Part shown: positions 9,193 to 18,493 of the stretch, piece after piece | Position numbering within the stretch: the first letter of the stretch is position 1 | Layout: every line of letters begins with the position of its first letter | NCBI RefSeq assembly: GCF_003231495.1 | Contig: NZ_PQWO01000011.1 | Coordinates: 60,001-92,000 of the forward strand | DNA length: 32,000 nt | Direction of reading: 5' to 3' | DNA from: Acaryochloris thomasi RCC1774 | GTDB taxonomy: Bacteria > Cyanobacteriota > Cyanobacteriia > Thermosynechococcales > Thermosynechococcaceae | Program-made: the position numbers and the translations under genes | Notes under the pieces: generated by a model | Database searches by the model: none | What the model saw: only the letters and a program-made list of their open reading frames with translations | Told to the model about the DNA's origin: nothing

Positions 9193-9508
9193 ATCGAACA
9201 ATTGCTTCCTAATAAACTCAAATGCACCCGCTGAGCAGGGGGCGCATAACACTTGCAAATTTCCCCATTATTGCAGCAATACCCCCGCAGATACAGCACT
9301 GCCAATATCCGACAATGGAACTGCGCTTTTCAAGCTAAAGATGAGACAGATGCATTCAAGACGATGGCCGTTCTCATATCTCTGGATCGTCTGTAGAGCT
9401 TGGCTCCGTCTGGGTCAGTCGGTCACTGGTCAACTCTCGCCACCGGACTCGATATTCCCTATACTTCAGCAAAGACCTACAGTAAGCTAGCGCGTCAAGC
9501 TTTAAAAA

Positions 9509-10030
9509 ATGAGTAAGCTACTGTGTCATTTCTTAATTGGGATTCCGGGTGCGGGCAAAACCACCTTTGCTCATCAACTGCTGGCCCGTATTCCTCAGTC
9601 TGTTCATATTTCCCCAGATCTGATTCGAGAACAGCTCTACGATGATCCGGTTATTCAGGGGGACTGGTCTGCCATTGAACATAAAGTTCAGCAGCTTTTC
9701 CAGGATGCTATTGGGCGAGAGTGGTCTGTGATCTATGACGCCACCAATGCAGAACGCAAGTGGCGCACCAGCTTTTTACGAGATAACACGCCTCCCCCCG
9801 TCCAATGGCTTGGCTGGGTGTTTCAAACGCCAGTGACCGACTGCATTGCTCGCAACCAGAATCGTGAGCGTACAGTGCCCATGGACGTGATTATTGACTA
9901 TGCCCAATTACTCAATCAGTTTCCTCCCACTCTATCTGAGGGCTTTTGCCACATTCTTGATGTTCCCCTCGACGACCAGGGGGCTGTCGATATAGAGAAA
10001 GTGCTCCGACTCATTGAGCAGCATCAGTGA
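9509..10030 (+). CDS. P-loop kinase/ATPase (AAA_33-like)
   Basis: Walker A GIPGAGKTT at the N-terminus, YDATN further on. 173 aa. Substrate unknown. Confidence 0.65.
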   Translation: MSKLLCHFLIGIPGAGKTTFAHQLLARIPQSVHISPDLIREQLYDDPVIQGDWSAIEHKVQQLFQDAIGREWSVIYDATNAERKWRTSFLRDNTPPPVQWLGWVFQTPVTDCIARNQNRERTVPMDVIIDYAQLLNQFPPTLSEGFCHILDVPLDDQGAVDIEKVLRLIEQHQ

Positions 10031-10267
10031 AATATTCGATTCCTGGCGATCTAATGCCTCTCTAAATACATCCCTCAGAGACGTTCTACGCATCAATCTC
10101 TCTGCCTTGCTTACGGCTTCTTTCGCGTCTGCGTCTCTAGAAATAGGGTCCGCAGCGCTTCAGCGTTAGACAAAGTTTCGGCTGCATCATCACAAAAAGT
10201 CATGATTTCCACAAGTAGACAAAAACAGTGGAGATGTTCACAATAATTTAAAAAGGCCGAATACTAC

Positions 10268-11275
10268 ATGACCACACTGCTCTCTATTCTGGGGATTCTG
10301 CTAGCTCTCTTAATCACTGCCGTGGCGCTCTATTTAGTCACGGCTCGTCGGTACCAATCGTCTAGCTCTGTCGCCAACTCATACGACCAATGGACAGAAG
10401 ATGGGCTACTAGAGTTCTATTGGGGCGAACATATCCATCTCGGACACTATGGTTCACCCCCTCGCCGAAAAGCATTTTTGCAGGCTAAGGCTGACTTTGT
10501 GCACGAAATGGTCCGTTGGGGAGGCTTAGAGCAGCTTCCAGTCGGCACCACTGTCTTAGATGTGGGGTGCGGCATCGGCGGCAGTAGCCGAATTTTGGCC
10601 CAGGACTATGGCTTTGATGTGACGGGCGTTACCATTAGCCCGCAACAGGTTCAGCGCGCTCAGCAACTAACGCCCTCAGGTCTGACGGCCACATTTAAAG
10701 TGGATGACGCGATGGCGCTGTCCTTCCCGGATGCAAGCTTTGATGTGGTTTGGTCTGTGGAGGCGGGGCCACACATGCCTGACAAAGATATTTTTGCAAG
10801 AGAACTGATGCGGGTGCTTAAGCCCGGGGGGGTACTTGTGGTTGCGGACTGGAACCAGCGGGATGACCGCCAAAAGCCTCTTAATTTCTGGGAGAAGCCT
10901 GTGATGCGGCAGCTTCTCGATCAGTGGTCTCACCCGGCTTTTTCCAGCATTGAGGGCTTCTCTGAACGCTTAGCGGCCACAGGATTTGTCGAAGGACATG
11001 TGATTGCTGCGGATTGGACGGCCGAAACGCTGCCTTCTTGGCTTGACTCCATTTGGCAGGGGATTGCTCGTCCCAGCGGACTGGTTCGCTTTGGTCTATC
11101 TGGCTTGATTAAATCAACGCGAGAAATCCCGACCATTCTGCTGATGCGCTTGGCATTTGGCGCAGGGCTATGTCGATTTGGAATGTTTCGCGCTGTGCGC
11201 GCTCAGAGTGCTGAGGGGCAAGAGGCTCAGGCTCGCTCCTTTTCTCAGTCCACAGCTAACGCAACGCTGCCTTAA
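10268..11275 (+). CDS. 2-methyl-6-phytyl/solanesyl-benzoquinol (MPBQ/MSBQ) methyltransferase, sll0418-type
   Basis: Long collinear identity with my recollection of Synechocystis sll0418: YQSS.SVAN.YDQWTEDG.LE.YWG.HIHLGHYG, TTVLDVGCGIGGSSRILA.DYGF.VTG.TISPQQV, DVVWSVEAGPHMPDK, VVADWNQRDDRQ.PLNFWEKPVMRQLLDQWSHPAF, PTILLMRLAFG.GLCRFGMF.AVR. Confidence 0.85.
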   Translation: MTTLLSILGILLALLITAVALYLVTARRYQSSSSVANSYDQWTEDGLLEFYWGEHIHLGHYGSPPRRKAFLQAKADFVHEMVRWGGLEQLPVGTTVLDVGCGIGGSSRILAQDYGFDVTGVTISPQQVQRAQQLTPSGLTATFKVDDAMALSFPDASFDVVWSVEAGPHMPDKDIFARELMRVLKPGGVLVVADWNQRDDRQKPLNFWEKPVMRQLLDQWSHPAFSSIEGFSERLAATGFVEGHVIAADWTAETLPSWLDSIWQGIARPSGLVRFGLSGLIKSTREIPTILLMRLAFGAGLCRFGMFRAVRAQSAEGQEAQARSFSQSTANATLP

Positions 11276-11331
11276 ATCGGGTGGGCTGATTTGAAAATGG
11301 AAAGAACGGATGCCTCTTTGCTTGGAGCGAT

Positions 11332-11556
11332 CTACTGTGCGGGCTGGCTCACCGATTCCCAAAGTGTGCCTTCGTGACCCACGACATTGATCTCTGTATC
11401 CTTGAGATCAGCCGTGATCTGACTCGAGGATTCGCTGAGTGATGCTCGTGTTGCCGTGTAACCAGCGACAAACATTGAGAAAGCTACGGCTAAGGAGGCA
11501 ACGACTACTAAGTCGGAGGAAATGCCGCCTGTACCTGCAGATGATTGATAACTCAT
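11332..11556 (-). CDS. hypothetical small membrane protein (74 aa)
   Basis: ATG preceded by AGGAG 8 nt upstream on the minus strand. One predicted TM helix (LVVVASLAVAFSMFVAGY). I do not recognise a family. Confidence 0.4.
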   Translation of the reverse strand: MSYQSSAGTGGISSDLVVVASLAVAFSMFVAGYTATRASLSESSSQITADLKDTEINVVGHEGTLWESVSQPAQ

Positions 11557-11634
11557 AAAGTGAACTCCTAGGAAGCTTCTGGCTTTATGGTCTCAGTTAT
11601 TTTTGTATCAACAGATACTCTTTATCTTTTTTTA

Positions 11635-11784
11635 CTATTCTGGGATGGAACTGATCTGGAGTGGCGTCAGAAATTGTTCGGTCAAGGACAGGGGCAAATC
11701 GGCTTGATGGGAGAGCACGCCGTGGCTGGCCCCGGCGAGTAGGCCCAGTAATGCTGAATAGAGAACGGGAATGAAGCTGTTCAT
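11635..11784 (-). CDS. possible 49-aa small protein
   Basis: Hand translation: MNSFIPVLYSALLGLLAGASHGVLSHQADLPLSLTEQFLTPLQISSIPE. It looks more protein-like than the overlapping Arg-rich 82-aa track ORF 11597..11845. No SD and no recognised homology. Confidence 0.2.
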   Translation of the reverse strand: MNSFIPVLYSALLGLLAGASHGVLSHQADLPLSLTEQFLTPLQISSIPE

Positions 11785-12024
11785 GCTGTCGATCGTAAGA
11801 TGTTAACAAATCTTCTCGTTTTGCCCGAAGTGATTCTGTAGCCATACTGACCGTTTCAGAGGCAGAGGCTTTGTGATATGCAGTTTTTGCTAGTGAAATA
11901 TGCGCTTGTTGCTGATTTTGTTGTCAAGTCGGTCAATCAAGGTGTCTGTTAAGATCCCTGAGGGGGCATTGCTTTTGATCGGCCATACTCTACATTTTTT
12001 AGTCCATACGTTCTCGCCTAGTTG

Positions 12025-13713
12025 ATGACGACTCTTTTGTCCTGCAGTCGGGGACACCCTAATCCCTCTAGTCACCGCTTTTGTGAGCGATGTGGTGAAC
12101 AGCTTGAGCGAGCGATTCGCCCTGGGAAGGTGGTTTGCGATCGCTACCGGGTCGTCGAGGCGCTGGGGCAGGGTGGGTTTGGCCAGACTTATCTTGTTGA
12201 AGATAGTAATCGCTTCAATGAACGGTGCGTCCTTAAGGTGTTTGCGCCATCCGTGGATAGTCCTGCGGCTCTGGAGAAGGCGAAGGAGCTATTTAATCGG
12301 GAGGCGGAGGTTTTATATCGCCTTGAGCATCCGCAGATTCCGAGGTTTAGGGAATGGTTTACGGAGCTGCCTGCTCTATATCTGGTGCAGGACTACGTTG
12401 AGGGCCAAACCTATCAGATGCTGCTCAAGCAGCGACAGCAGCCTTTCTCTGAGTCTGAGGTGGCCAGCTTCCTCCGGCAGGCGTTGCCGGTGCTGGACTA
12501 TATCCACGGTCGGGGGATGGTTCACCGTGATATTTCTCCTGATAATTTGATGCGGCGGACTTGCGATCGCAAACCCGTCCTAATCGACTTTGGCGGGGTC
12601 AAAGAAATTACTGCCAGCTTGGGTCGCTTTGGGGCAGAGGCACCGAGTGGAGGGCTGACCCTAATCGGCAAACCGGGCTATGCCCCTGAAGAGCAGATTC
12701 GACTGGGCCGTGTCTCACCCGCCAGCGACATTTACGCTCTGGGCGTCACCGCCCTCGTGCTGCTCGTGGGGCAAGAGCCACAGGACTTTTTTGATGCCAA
12801 TACCTGCACCTTTAAGTGGCAGCCGTTCGTCAATCTCAGCCCAGGCTTTGCTGCCGTACTGGAAAAAATGGTGGCCTCCCATGCTGTTAAGCGCTACCGA
12901 GCTGCGGCTCAAGTCCTGAAAGACTTAGAACCCTTAGAAATTGCTGATGTCGGCAACGATTCACGGGGGACTTTGCCGCCTGATGCTCCAAACACTATGC
13001 CTCCGGCAACGGCGGTGGAGAACCCGTACCTGACCCAGCAGACTGTTATTGCTCAAGTTCAGAGTCCTGGTCCTGTCGCGAAGATCGGCAATAGTCTCCG
13101 TAATGGATTGGTCAAACTTCTGCAAGCCGTTGTGATTGTTGCCATCATGATTACGGTGGGTGCGCTGGCCTTTGGTGCGGTGTATAGCTGGCTGCAGCAG
13201 TCCCCCGCGACGTCTGAGCCGACCGAAAGCCCCGAGCCTGCACCGACGCCACCTCAAGGCTTTTCGGCAGATGAGCAGAGTCGCAAGCGAGAGCTGTTCA
13301 AGCGTTTGAGAGCAACGAATACCGGTCTGACCTACTTCAATCAGGTGACCAACGAGGCTTTTTATTTGGAGTATCCGCGTTATCCTCGACGCCCGTTAAC
13401 GAAAGGTGCTGCCGATGCCAAGTTAAGAGCTGAGTGGGATCAGGTGGGAACGGAGGTTGTGGATGCTCTAGAAGCGATTAGCCCTTCGTCTCGCCAGCGC
13501 ATCGGACGCTATGGTCCCTCTACTCGAAAAGGCTGGGATGTACAGTTGCGTAAGGCGCGAGTTAATCAAGCTAAGTTCTATCGTGATGTTGATCGACAGT
13601 TTCAGCAGCAGCTAACCATGTATCGGGGGACGGAGCTGGAGGGAAAGCGAGGGGAGCAAATTTGGTTTGCGATCGCAAACGATCGACTCCAGCAAGAATT
13701 AAAAGAGCGGTAG
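12025..13713 (+). CDS. Hanks-type Ser/Thr protein kinase with an N-terminal zinc ribbon, one TM helix and a C-terminal extracytoplasmic domain
   Basis: CSRGHPNPSSHRFCERCG zinc ribbon. Kinase motifs: LGQGGFGQTY, CVLKV, HRDISPDN, DFGGVK, GYAPEE. TM helix: LLQAVVIVAIMITVGALAFGAVY. The ATG at 12025 follows TTG 12022. Confidence 0.9.
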   Translation: MTTLLSCSRGHPNPSSHRFCERCGEQLERAIRPGKVVCDRYRVVEALGQGGFGQTYLVEDSNRFNERCVLKVFAPSVDSPAALEKAKELFNREAEVLYRLEHPQIPRFREWFTELPALYLVQDYVEGQTYQMLLKQRQQPFSESEVASFLRQALPVLDYIHGRGMVHRDISPDNLMRRTCDRKPVLIDFGGVKEITASLGRFGAEAPSGGLTLIGKPGYAPEEQIRLGRVSPASDIYALGVTALVLLVGQEPQDFFDANTCTFKWQPFVNLSPGFAAVLEKMVASHAVKRYRAAAQVLKDLEPLEIADVGNDSRGTLPPDAPNTMPPATAVENPYLTQQTVIAQVQSPGPVAKIGNSLRNGLVKLLQAVVIVAIMITVGALAFGAVYSWLQQSPATSEPTESPEPAPTPPQGFSADEQSRKRELFKRLRATNTGLTYFNQVTNEAFYLEYPRYPRRPLTKGAADAKLRAEWDQVGTEVVDALEAISPSSRQRIGRYGPSTRKGWDVQLRKARVNQAKFYRDVDRQFQQQLTMYRGTELEGKRGEQIWFAIANDRLQQELKER

Positions 13714-13819
13714 AGACAAACTCCTTCAAAGAGAGCAAACCCTCTCAAAACAGAGCATATTTCTGCTGTGAGCCCCGAGCTTTAAAACTCTTCAAGGCGT
13801 CAAATGCCCTGTGCTGGTT

Positions 13820-14683
13820 CTATAACTTCTGCTGTCCAAAAGCGTAATAAGCATTTTTATCTTCAGGTTCATCTTTGTTGAGACGAGTAAGAAATTCAAA
13901 CCCTACACCCGTGATAATTTCTTCAATCAGCGACAAGGGCCGCGGAACAACGAGAAGGCTATATTTCTCTTTCACATTCTTCAATAAAGATCTGGATTGC
14001 TCTGAACCATTATGGTTCGTTGGCAGACCGTCAGTGCTTCGTCCCTGAGTGGTCAGGAATTCACAAATAGCTTTCCCCTCGGGCTTCAAAACTCGCATGA
14101 ACTCAGATAGAATTTGCCTACAAACATCGTCCCTCACATGCAGCATAACGGCAGTAGAATAGACGAGATCAAGGCTTGAATCAGGTATCGAAGAGAGATC
14201 ATTTGCCTCGATTACCCTGAATTGAATGTTTGACTTGTGATGGATTGCTTTGGCACAGGCAATTACACCGCTTGAGATATCTATAGCCGTGACCTGTTGG
14301 CAGTGTTTTGATACTTCGCTGGCTAGGTACCCTGGACCACAACCATAGTCAAGAACAAGCATGTCTGTATTTAGATGAGGTTGAATATACTTTCTGGCAA
14401 CAAGCTGACGGCTGTTAATACTCGTCTCATGCGCAGATTGAATGAACTGATCTCGAGACATCCCTTCTGGCTTTTCATGTAGTCGGTAGTAATGAGGGCT
14501 GATTGCTAAAACATTAAACGCTAATTTTCTATGGAATTTCTGAGGGACAAGCTTAAAAAGCATCGGGATATACCAAGCACCTAAGTAATTTTGACCCTGC
14601 AGTGCTGTTGTCAAGATGAGTAGTGCTTTTTGGACTGGGCCTATTGATGAATGCTCTGTTTTTTCTACAGAATCTAAGTCCAT
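13820..14683 (-). CDS. class I SAM-dependent methyltransferase (AT-rich orphan)
   Basis: Motif I VLDYGCGPGYL, followed by AIDIS and VLKPEG. Local G+C is clearly below that of the flanks (23/60 in the line starting at 14521). Confidence 0.8.
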   Translation of the reverse strand: MDLDSVEKTEHSSIGPVQKALLILTTALQGQNYLGAWYIPMLFKLVPQKFHRKLAFNVLAISPHYYRLHEKPEGMSRDQFIQSAHETSINSRQLVARKYIQPHLNTDMLVLDYGCGPGYLASEVSKHCQQVTAIDISSGVIACAKAIHHKSNIQFRVIEANDLSSIPDSSLDLVYSTAVMLHVRDDVCRQILSEFMRVLKPEGKAICEFLTTQGRSTDGLPTNHNGSEQSRSLLKNVKEKYSLLVVPRPLSLIEEIITGVGFEFLTRLNKDEPEDKNAYYAFGQQKL

Positions 14684-14932
14684 TCTCTTCTTTACCTCTG
14701 CTATATCACACGATATTTCTCAACTGGCAAATGGCAAACTTTCAGTGAGTTGACTGATCGCCAGCATCGCAAAGCCAAGCAATAAGGCAAAGGCAAGATT
14801 GAGGTATATCTTGAATCTCTGCTTAAAAAATCTTGACCAGTAACATACTAGAGCATACTACGAATGTATTCTGCCTCTTTAGTATTTGCAGTCAGCAGTT
14901 TTAGGGTGAATACACCACCCCTTTGTTTTTGC

Positions 14933-15940
14933 TTAATCCGGCCCTTGTTGCGGTTCAATGACTTCGCGTACGCGATAGATCTGTCGCCCTTGAGACTCGT
15001 GATAGGTCCGCATCACAAGCTCAGCTAGCAGCCCAAAGCTGAAGAGATAAATGCCGCCTAGAACCAGCACGACCATCAGCGTCAGGAGAGGGCGATCGCC
15101 AATAGACTCTTGCCCTACGATTTTGACGTAGGTGAGATAGCCGCCGATGCCCAACCCAACGAGCGTTGAACTGAGACCAAACCAGCCAAAGGCGTGCATT
15201 GGGCGGGTGAGGAAGGTCTTCATGAAGTAAACCGTGAGCAGGTCCATTAGCACTCGGAAGGTTCGGCCCAGGCCGTACTTGCTAACGCCATATTTCCGGG
15301 CGTGATGATTGACCGGCAGCTCGGCAATATTAGCCCCTTCAATGGCTGCGAGGGCGGGCAAGAAGCGGTGCAGCTCTCCGTACAGGTTCATGTCGGCGAC
15401 CAGTTCGGCTCGGTAGGCTTTGAGAGAACAGCCGTAGTCATGGAGGCTGACGCCGGTGACTCGCGCAATCAGCCAGTTGGCGATTTTTGAAGGAAGTCGG
15501 CGCGTCAAGGCTTTGTCCTGACGGTTTTTGCGCCAGCCACTCACCACGTCATAGCCTTCTTGAAGCTTATCAAGCAGCTTTGGAATATCTTGGGGGTCGT
15601 TCTGCAGATCGCCGTCTAGGGTGATGATGATTTTGGCTCTGGCGTGGTTAAAGCCTGCCGACATAGCGGCGGTCTGACCGTAGTTGCGGCGTAGTAAAAC
15701 GACTCGCAAATCAGCGCGATCTTGGGCTAGCTCTTTCAAAAGCGCAACGGTGCCGTCTTTGGAGCCGTCATCGACAGCCACGATTTCGTAGGTGAGGCGA
15801 TGCTGGATTAGGGTGGTTGCGATCGCATCCACTAAATGCGGCACACTCTCCACCTCGTTGTATAGCGGCACCACCACCGAAACCTGCAGCGTTCCGGTGC
15901 GCAGCGTTGGAGGATCGATCAGCGAAACATTTCCGTTCAT
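14933..15940 (-). CDS. family 2 glycosyltransferase, polyprenyl-phosphate sugar transferase type (GtrB/ArnC-like)
   Basis: VSVVVPLYNEVESV...VAVDDGSKDGT...DGDLQNDP, plus two C-terminal TM helices. Confidence 0.88.
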   Translation of the reverse strand: MNGNVSLIDPPTLRTGTLQVSVVVPLYNEVESVPHLVDAIATTLIQHRLTYEIVAVDDGSKDGTVALLKELAQDRADLRVVLLRRNYGQTAAMSAGFNHARAKIIITLDGDLQNDPQDIPKLLDKLQEGYDVVSGWRKNRQDKALTRRLPSKIANWLIARVTGVSLHDYGCSLKAYRAELVADMNLYGELHRFLPALAAIEGANIAELPVNHHARKYGVSKYGLGRTFRVLMDLLTVYFMKTFLTRPMHAFGWFGLSSTLVGLGIGGYLTYVKIVGQESIGDRPLLTLMVVLVLGGIYLFSFGLLAELVMRTYHESQGRQIYRVREVIEPQQGPD

Positions 15941-16007
15941 GGCACCAGCAAAGGCAACCCGTCTATTGTAGGAGCCTTTGCTAATCCTGAATGAAGAATG
16001 AGTATGA

Positions 16008-17192
16008 TTAGCGGTCTACAGAACCCATAATCACATCAATGCTGCCGAGAATAGCAACAATATCGGCCACCTTCATTCCCTTCAGCAACTCTGGCAATAT
16101 CTGCAAATTGTTGAAGTCAGGAGCGCGAATTTTCCAGCGCCAAGGGAAGACATTCTCGTCGCCAATCAGATAAATACCCAGCTCGCCCTTGCCAGTCTCG
16201 ACTCTTGCATACAGCTCACCTTCCGGGATTTTGAAGGTTGGGGCCGACTTCTTGCCGAGGAACTTATAGTCAAACTCATTCCACTTTGACTTCTTGCCCT
16301 CCAGCATGCGGTTGGCTTCTAGGTTCTCATACGGACCACCCGGCAGATGCTCAAGCGCCTGCTTAATGATCTTGACTGACTCGCGCATTTCTCGAATGCG
16401 AAGGTAGTAGCGCGCTAAGCAATCGCCTCCTGTCTCCCATTGGACTTCCCAGTCGAAGTCGTTATAGCACTCGTAACTATCAACGCGGCGCAAATCCCAG
16501 TTGACGCCGGACCCGCGCAGCATTGGCCCTGAAAGGCCCCAATTGATGGCATCTTCACGGCTAATGTAGCCGATGCCCTCTAAGCGACGTTGAAAGATAG
16601 GGTTGTTGGTGATTAATTTCTCGTATTCATCAACCTTGGGCAAGAAGTAATCACAGAAGTCGATGCATTTCGAGACCCAGCCGTAGGTGAGGTCCGCCGC
16701 GACGCCTCCCATTCTGAAATAGTTATTGTTGATGAACCGCATCCCGGTGGCGGCTTCAAATAAGTCGTAAATCATCTCCCGCTCTCGGAAGATATAGAAG
16801 AAGGGGGTTTGTGCGCCTACATCCGCCAAGAATGGCCCCAGCCATAGCAGGTGATTGGCAATCCGGTTCAGCTCCAGCATGATCACCCGGATGTAGCTGG
16901 CCCGCTTCGGCACTTTGATGTCAGCTAATTTCTCAGGGGCGTTGACTGTCACTGCTTCGTTGAACATCCCTGCGGCGTAGTCCCAACGACTGACGTAGGG
17001 GACAAACATGATGTTGGTCCGGTTCTCGGCAATCTTTTCCATGCCGCGATGGAGGTACCCAATTACGGGTTCACAATCCACTACGTTCTCGCCATCGAGG
17101 GTAACCATGAGGCGCAGCACGCCGTGCATTGAGGGGTGGTGCGGACCCATGTTAAGCACCATGGGCTCGGTGCGAGTTTCAATGGTTGGCAT
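16008..17192 (-). CDS. ndhH: NAD(P)H-quinone oxidoreductase (NDH-1) subunit H
   Basis: The 394-aa protein is collinear with cyanobacterial NdhH as I recall it, from [28 protein letters not shown]... to ...[14 protein letters not shown]. Confidence 0.97.
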   Translation of the reverse strand: MPTIETRTEPMVLNMGPHHPSMHGVLRLMVTLDGENVVDCEPVIGYLHRGMEKIAENRTNIMFVPYVSRWDYAAGMFNEAVTVNAPEKLADIKVPKRASYIRVIMLELNRIANHLLWLGPFLADVGAQTPFFYIFREREMIYDLFEAATGMRFINNNYFRMGGVAADLTYGWVSKCIDFCDYFLPKVDEYEKLITNNPIFQRRLEGIGYISREDAINWGLSGPMLRGSGVNWDLRRVDSYECYNDFDWEVQWETGGDCLARYYLRIREMRESVKIIKQALEHLPGGPYENLEANRMLEGKKSKWNEFDYKFLGKKSAPTFKIPEGELYARVETGKGELGIYLIGDENVFPWRWKIRAPDFNNLQILPELLKGMKVADIVAILGSIDVIMGSVDR

Positions 17193-17504
17193 AGGTTGAG
17201 AACGTTCCTTCTAGCGGCAGGGCGCAATCCCAGTGGAGTGACCTGTCTACATGGTACAGATCTCTTCGGCTGGAATCTAGGTCAAAGTCTGAATTTCAGC
17301 TTCTACAATGGCAGAGATCTGGCTCTGCGGTTGCACCCTTATGAAAACTAATTCCGTTTCTTCACCGTATCTCTGGCAACTTGATCAGGAGATAGGGAGC
17401 GCCGCGTTTCTGCATCGGGTGCATGATGCAAAGGGCATTGGATCTGGTGGAGGTGCTGAGGGTAAAGGGGACAGCGGTAATCGCGTTGGGGGATTCCATA
17501 CCCG

Positions 17505-18086
17505 TCAAATCGCGACCTCCGAAAAGTTGATCCCACGATAGATTGGTTCAATAGGGAAACTTAGGTTAACTGATTGTAAATCTACTACCTCTCCACCGCG
17601 ATAATTGATAATCTCCCACCGTCCATCACGATCTTTGCGGTAAAGATCGACCGCGATTTCCTGAGAACTCACCAATACATAATCTTGCAACTGTGGATTC
17701 TGGCGATAGCGAAAGAACTTTTTCCCTCGGTCGTAAGCCTCTGTACTGTCAGATAAAACTTCAACAATCAGACAGGGGTAGGTGATGTATTGAATCGTGT
17801 TTTCATCTCTTTGATCGCAACTCACACTTGCATCAGGATAGGTGTAATCATTCGTTTCGAAAATATTAACCCTACAATCAGAGTTGAATGCTCGAAAACC
17901 GCCATCGGGCAAGTGATTATCCAATAAAGCTGCGACCTTTAAGGCAATTCGACTATGGTTCTGAGTGCCCCCACTCATGGCATAAACTTCGCCATTGATA
18001 TACTCATGGCGACACAACTGCTGCTCTTCCCAAGCAAAATACTCAGTCGGTGTTAACTGGGGTGAGAGTCCTTGCACTGCAATCAT
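17505..18086 (-). CDS. Uma2 family (DUF820) PD-(D/E)xK endonuclease
   Basis: TPTEYFAWEEQ...HEYINGEVYAMSGGTQNHSRIALKVAALL, PDASV and LIVEVLSDST are typical Uma2 motifs. The ATG overlaps the upstream ORF stop (ATGA at 18083-18086). Confidence 0.85.
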   Translation of the reverse strand: MIAVQGLSPQLTPTEYFAWEEQQLCRHEYINGEVYAMSGGTQNHSRIALKVAALLDNHLPDGGFRAFNSDCRVNIFETNDYTYPDASVSCDQRDENTIQYITYPCLIVEVLSDSTEAYDRGKKFFRYRQNPQLQDYVLVSSQEIAVDLYRKDRDGRWEIINYRGGEVVDLQSVNLSFPIEPIYRGINFSEVAI

Positions 18087-18462
18087 TTTATGACCTCCAA
18101 AGGGCTTTGAAGTCCTTGGCCATCTATTAGTTTGAGCCGTGGAACTTGTCGTATTTTCGCTAACTTTGCCGTTGCCTCAAGACGTTTCACCCCAAACCAT
18201 TTGACCTGATTGCCAACATTCAAAAGCTCTGAATGCTCTGCCTCAGTCAAAGCTTCGTTATCTCGCTTGTCTGTCAAGACTGCATCTCGATCGTGAAATG
18301 CCGGTGGAATGGGCCGATCTATCTCTTGGAGCAGGGTGGTTTTTCCGAGGTCGATACGGACGCGCGGCGACGTGCTCGTACAAATAAGGCCCGATTTAAT
18401 CGGCTATTGAGGTCAGGTTCACTTAAATCATCGACTGCCTTGAGGAGTTCATCTACGCTCAT
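18083..18462 (-). pseudogene. frameshifted small helical protein (antitoxin-like in shape), translationally coupled to the Uma2 gene
   Basis: The span is 380 nt, not a multiple of 3. ATG 18462 (GAGGT SD upstream) reads MSVDELLKAVDDLSEPDLNSRLNRALFVRARRRASVSTSEK, then stops after PPCSKR. The -1 frame continues TTLLQEIDRPIPPAFHDRDAVLTDKRDNEALTEAEHSELL...LEVIK to 18083. One extra A in the A5 run (+ strand T5, 18340-18344) would restore a 126-aa ORF. Confidence 0.6.
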
Positions 18463-18493
18463 CGGAGACCTCGCCTACTTACACGGTCATATC

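Noticed and set aside
11597-11845. 82-aa minus-strand ORF
   Set aside because: Its Arg/Pro/Ser-rich sequence looks like an off-frame translation. The alternative 49-codon frame (11635-11784) looks more protein-like, though it is itself low-confidence.
12083-12550. 155-aa alternative-frame ORF within the kinase gene
   Set aside because: It is extremely Arg/Ser/Leu-rich and overlaps the kinase catalytic domain, whose frame is unambiguous.
14684-14932. AT-rich 249-nt gap with GGCAAA-type short repeats and a hydrophobic open frame on the minus strand
   Set aside because: The open frame has no usable start codon before its last few codons. The repeats are too short and irregular to call. It is probably promoter or spacer sequence of the methyltransferase insertion.
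17308-17541. 77-aa Gly-rich plus-strand ORF upstream of ndhH
   Set aside because: It has no SD, a low-complexity GSGGGAEGKGDSG stretch, and runs into the Uma2 3' end. I treat the region as non-coding.
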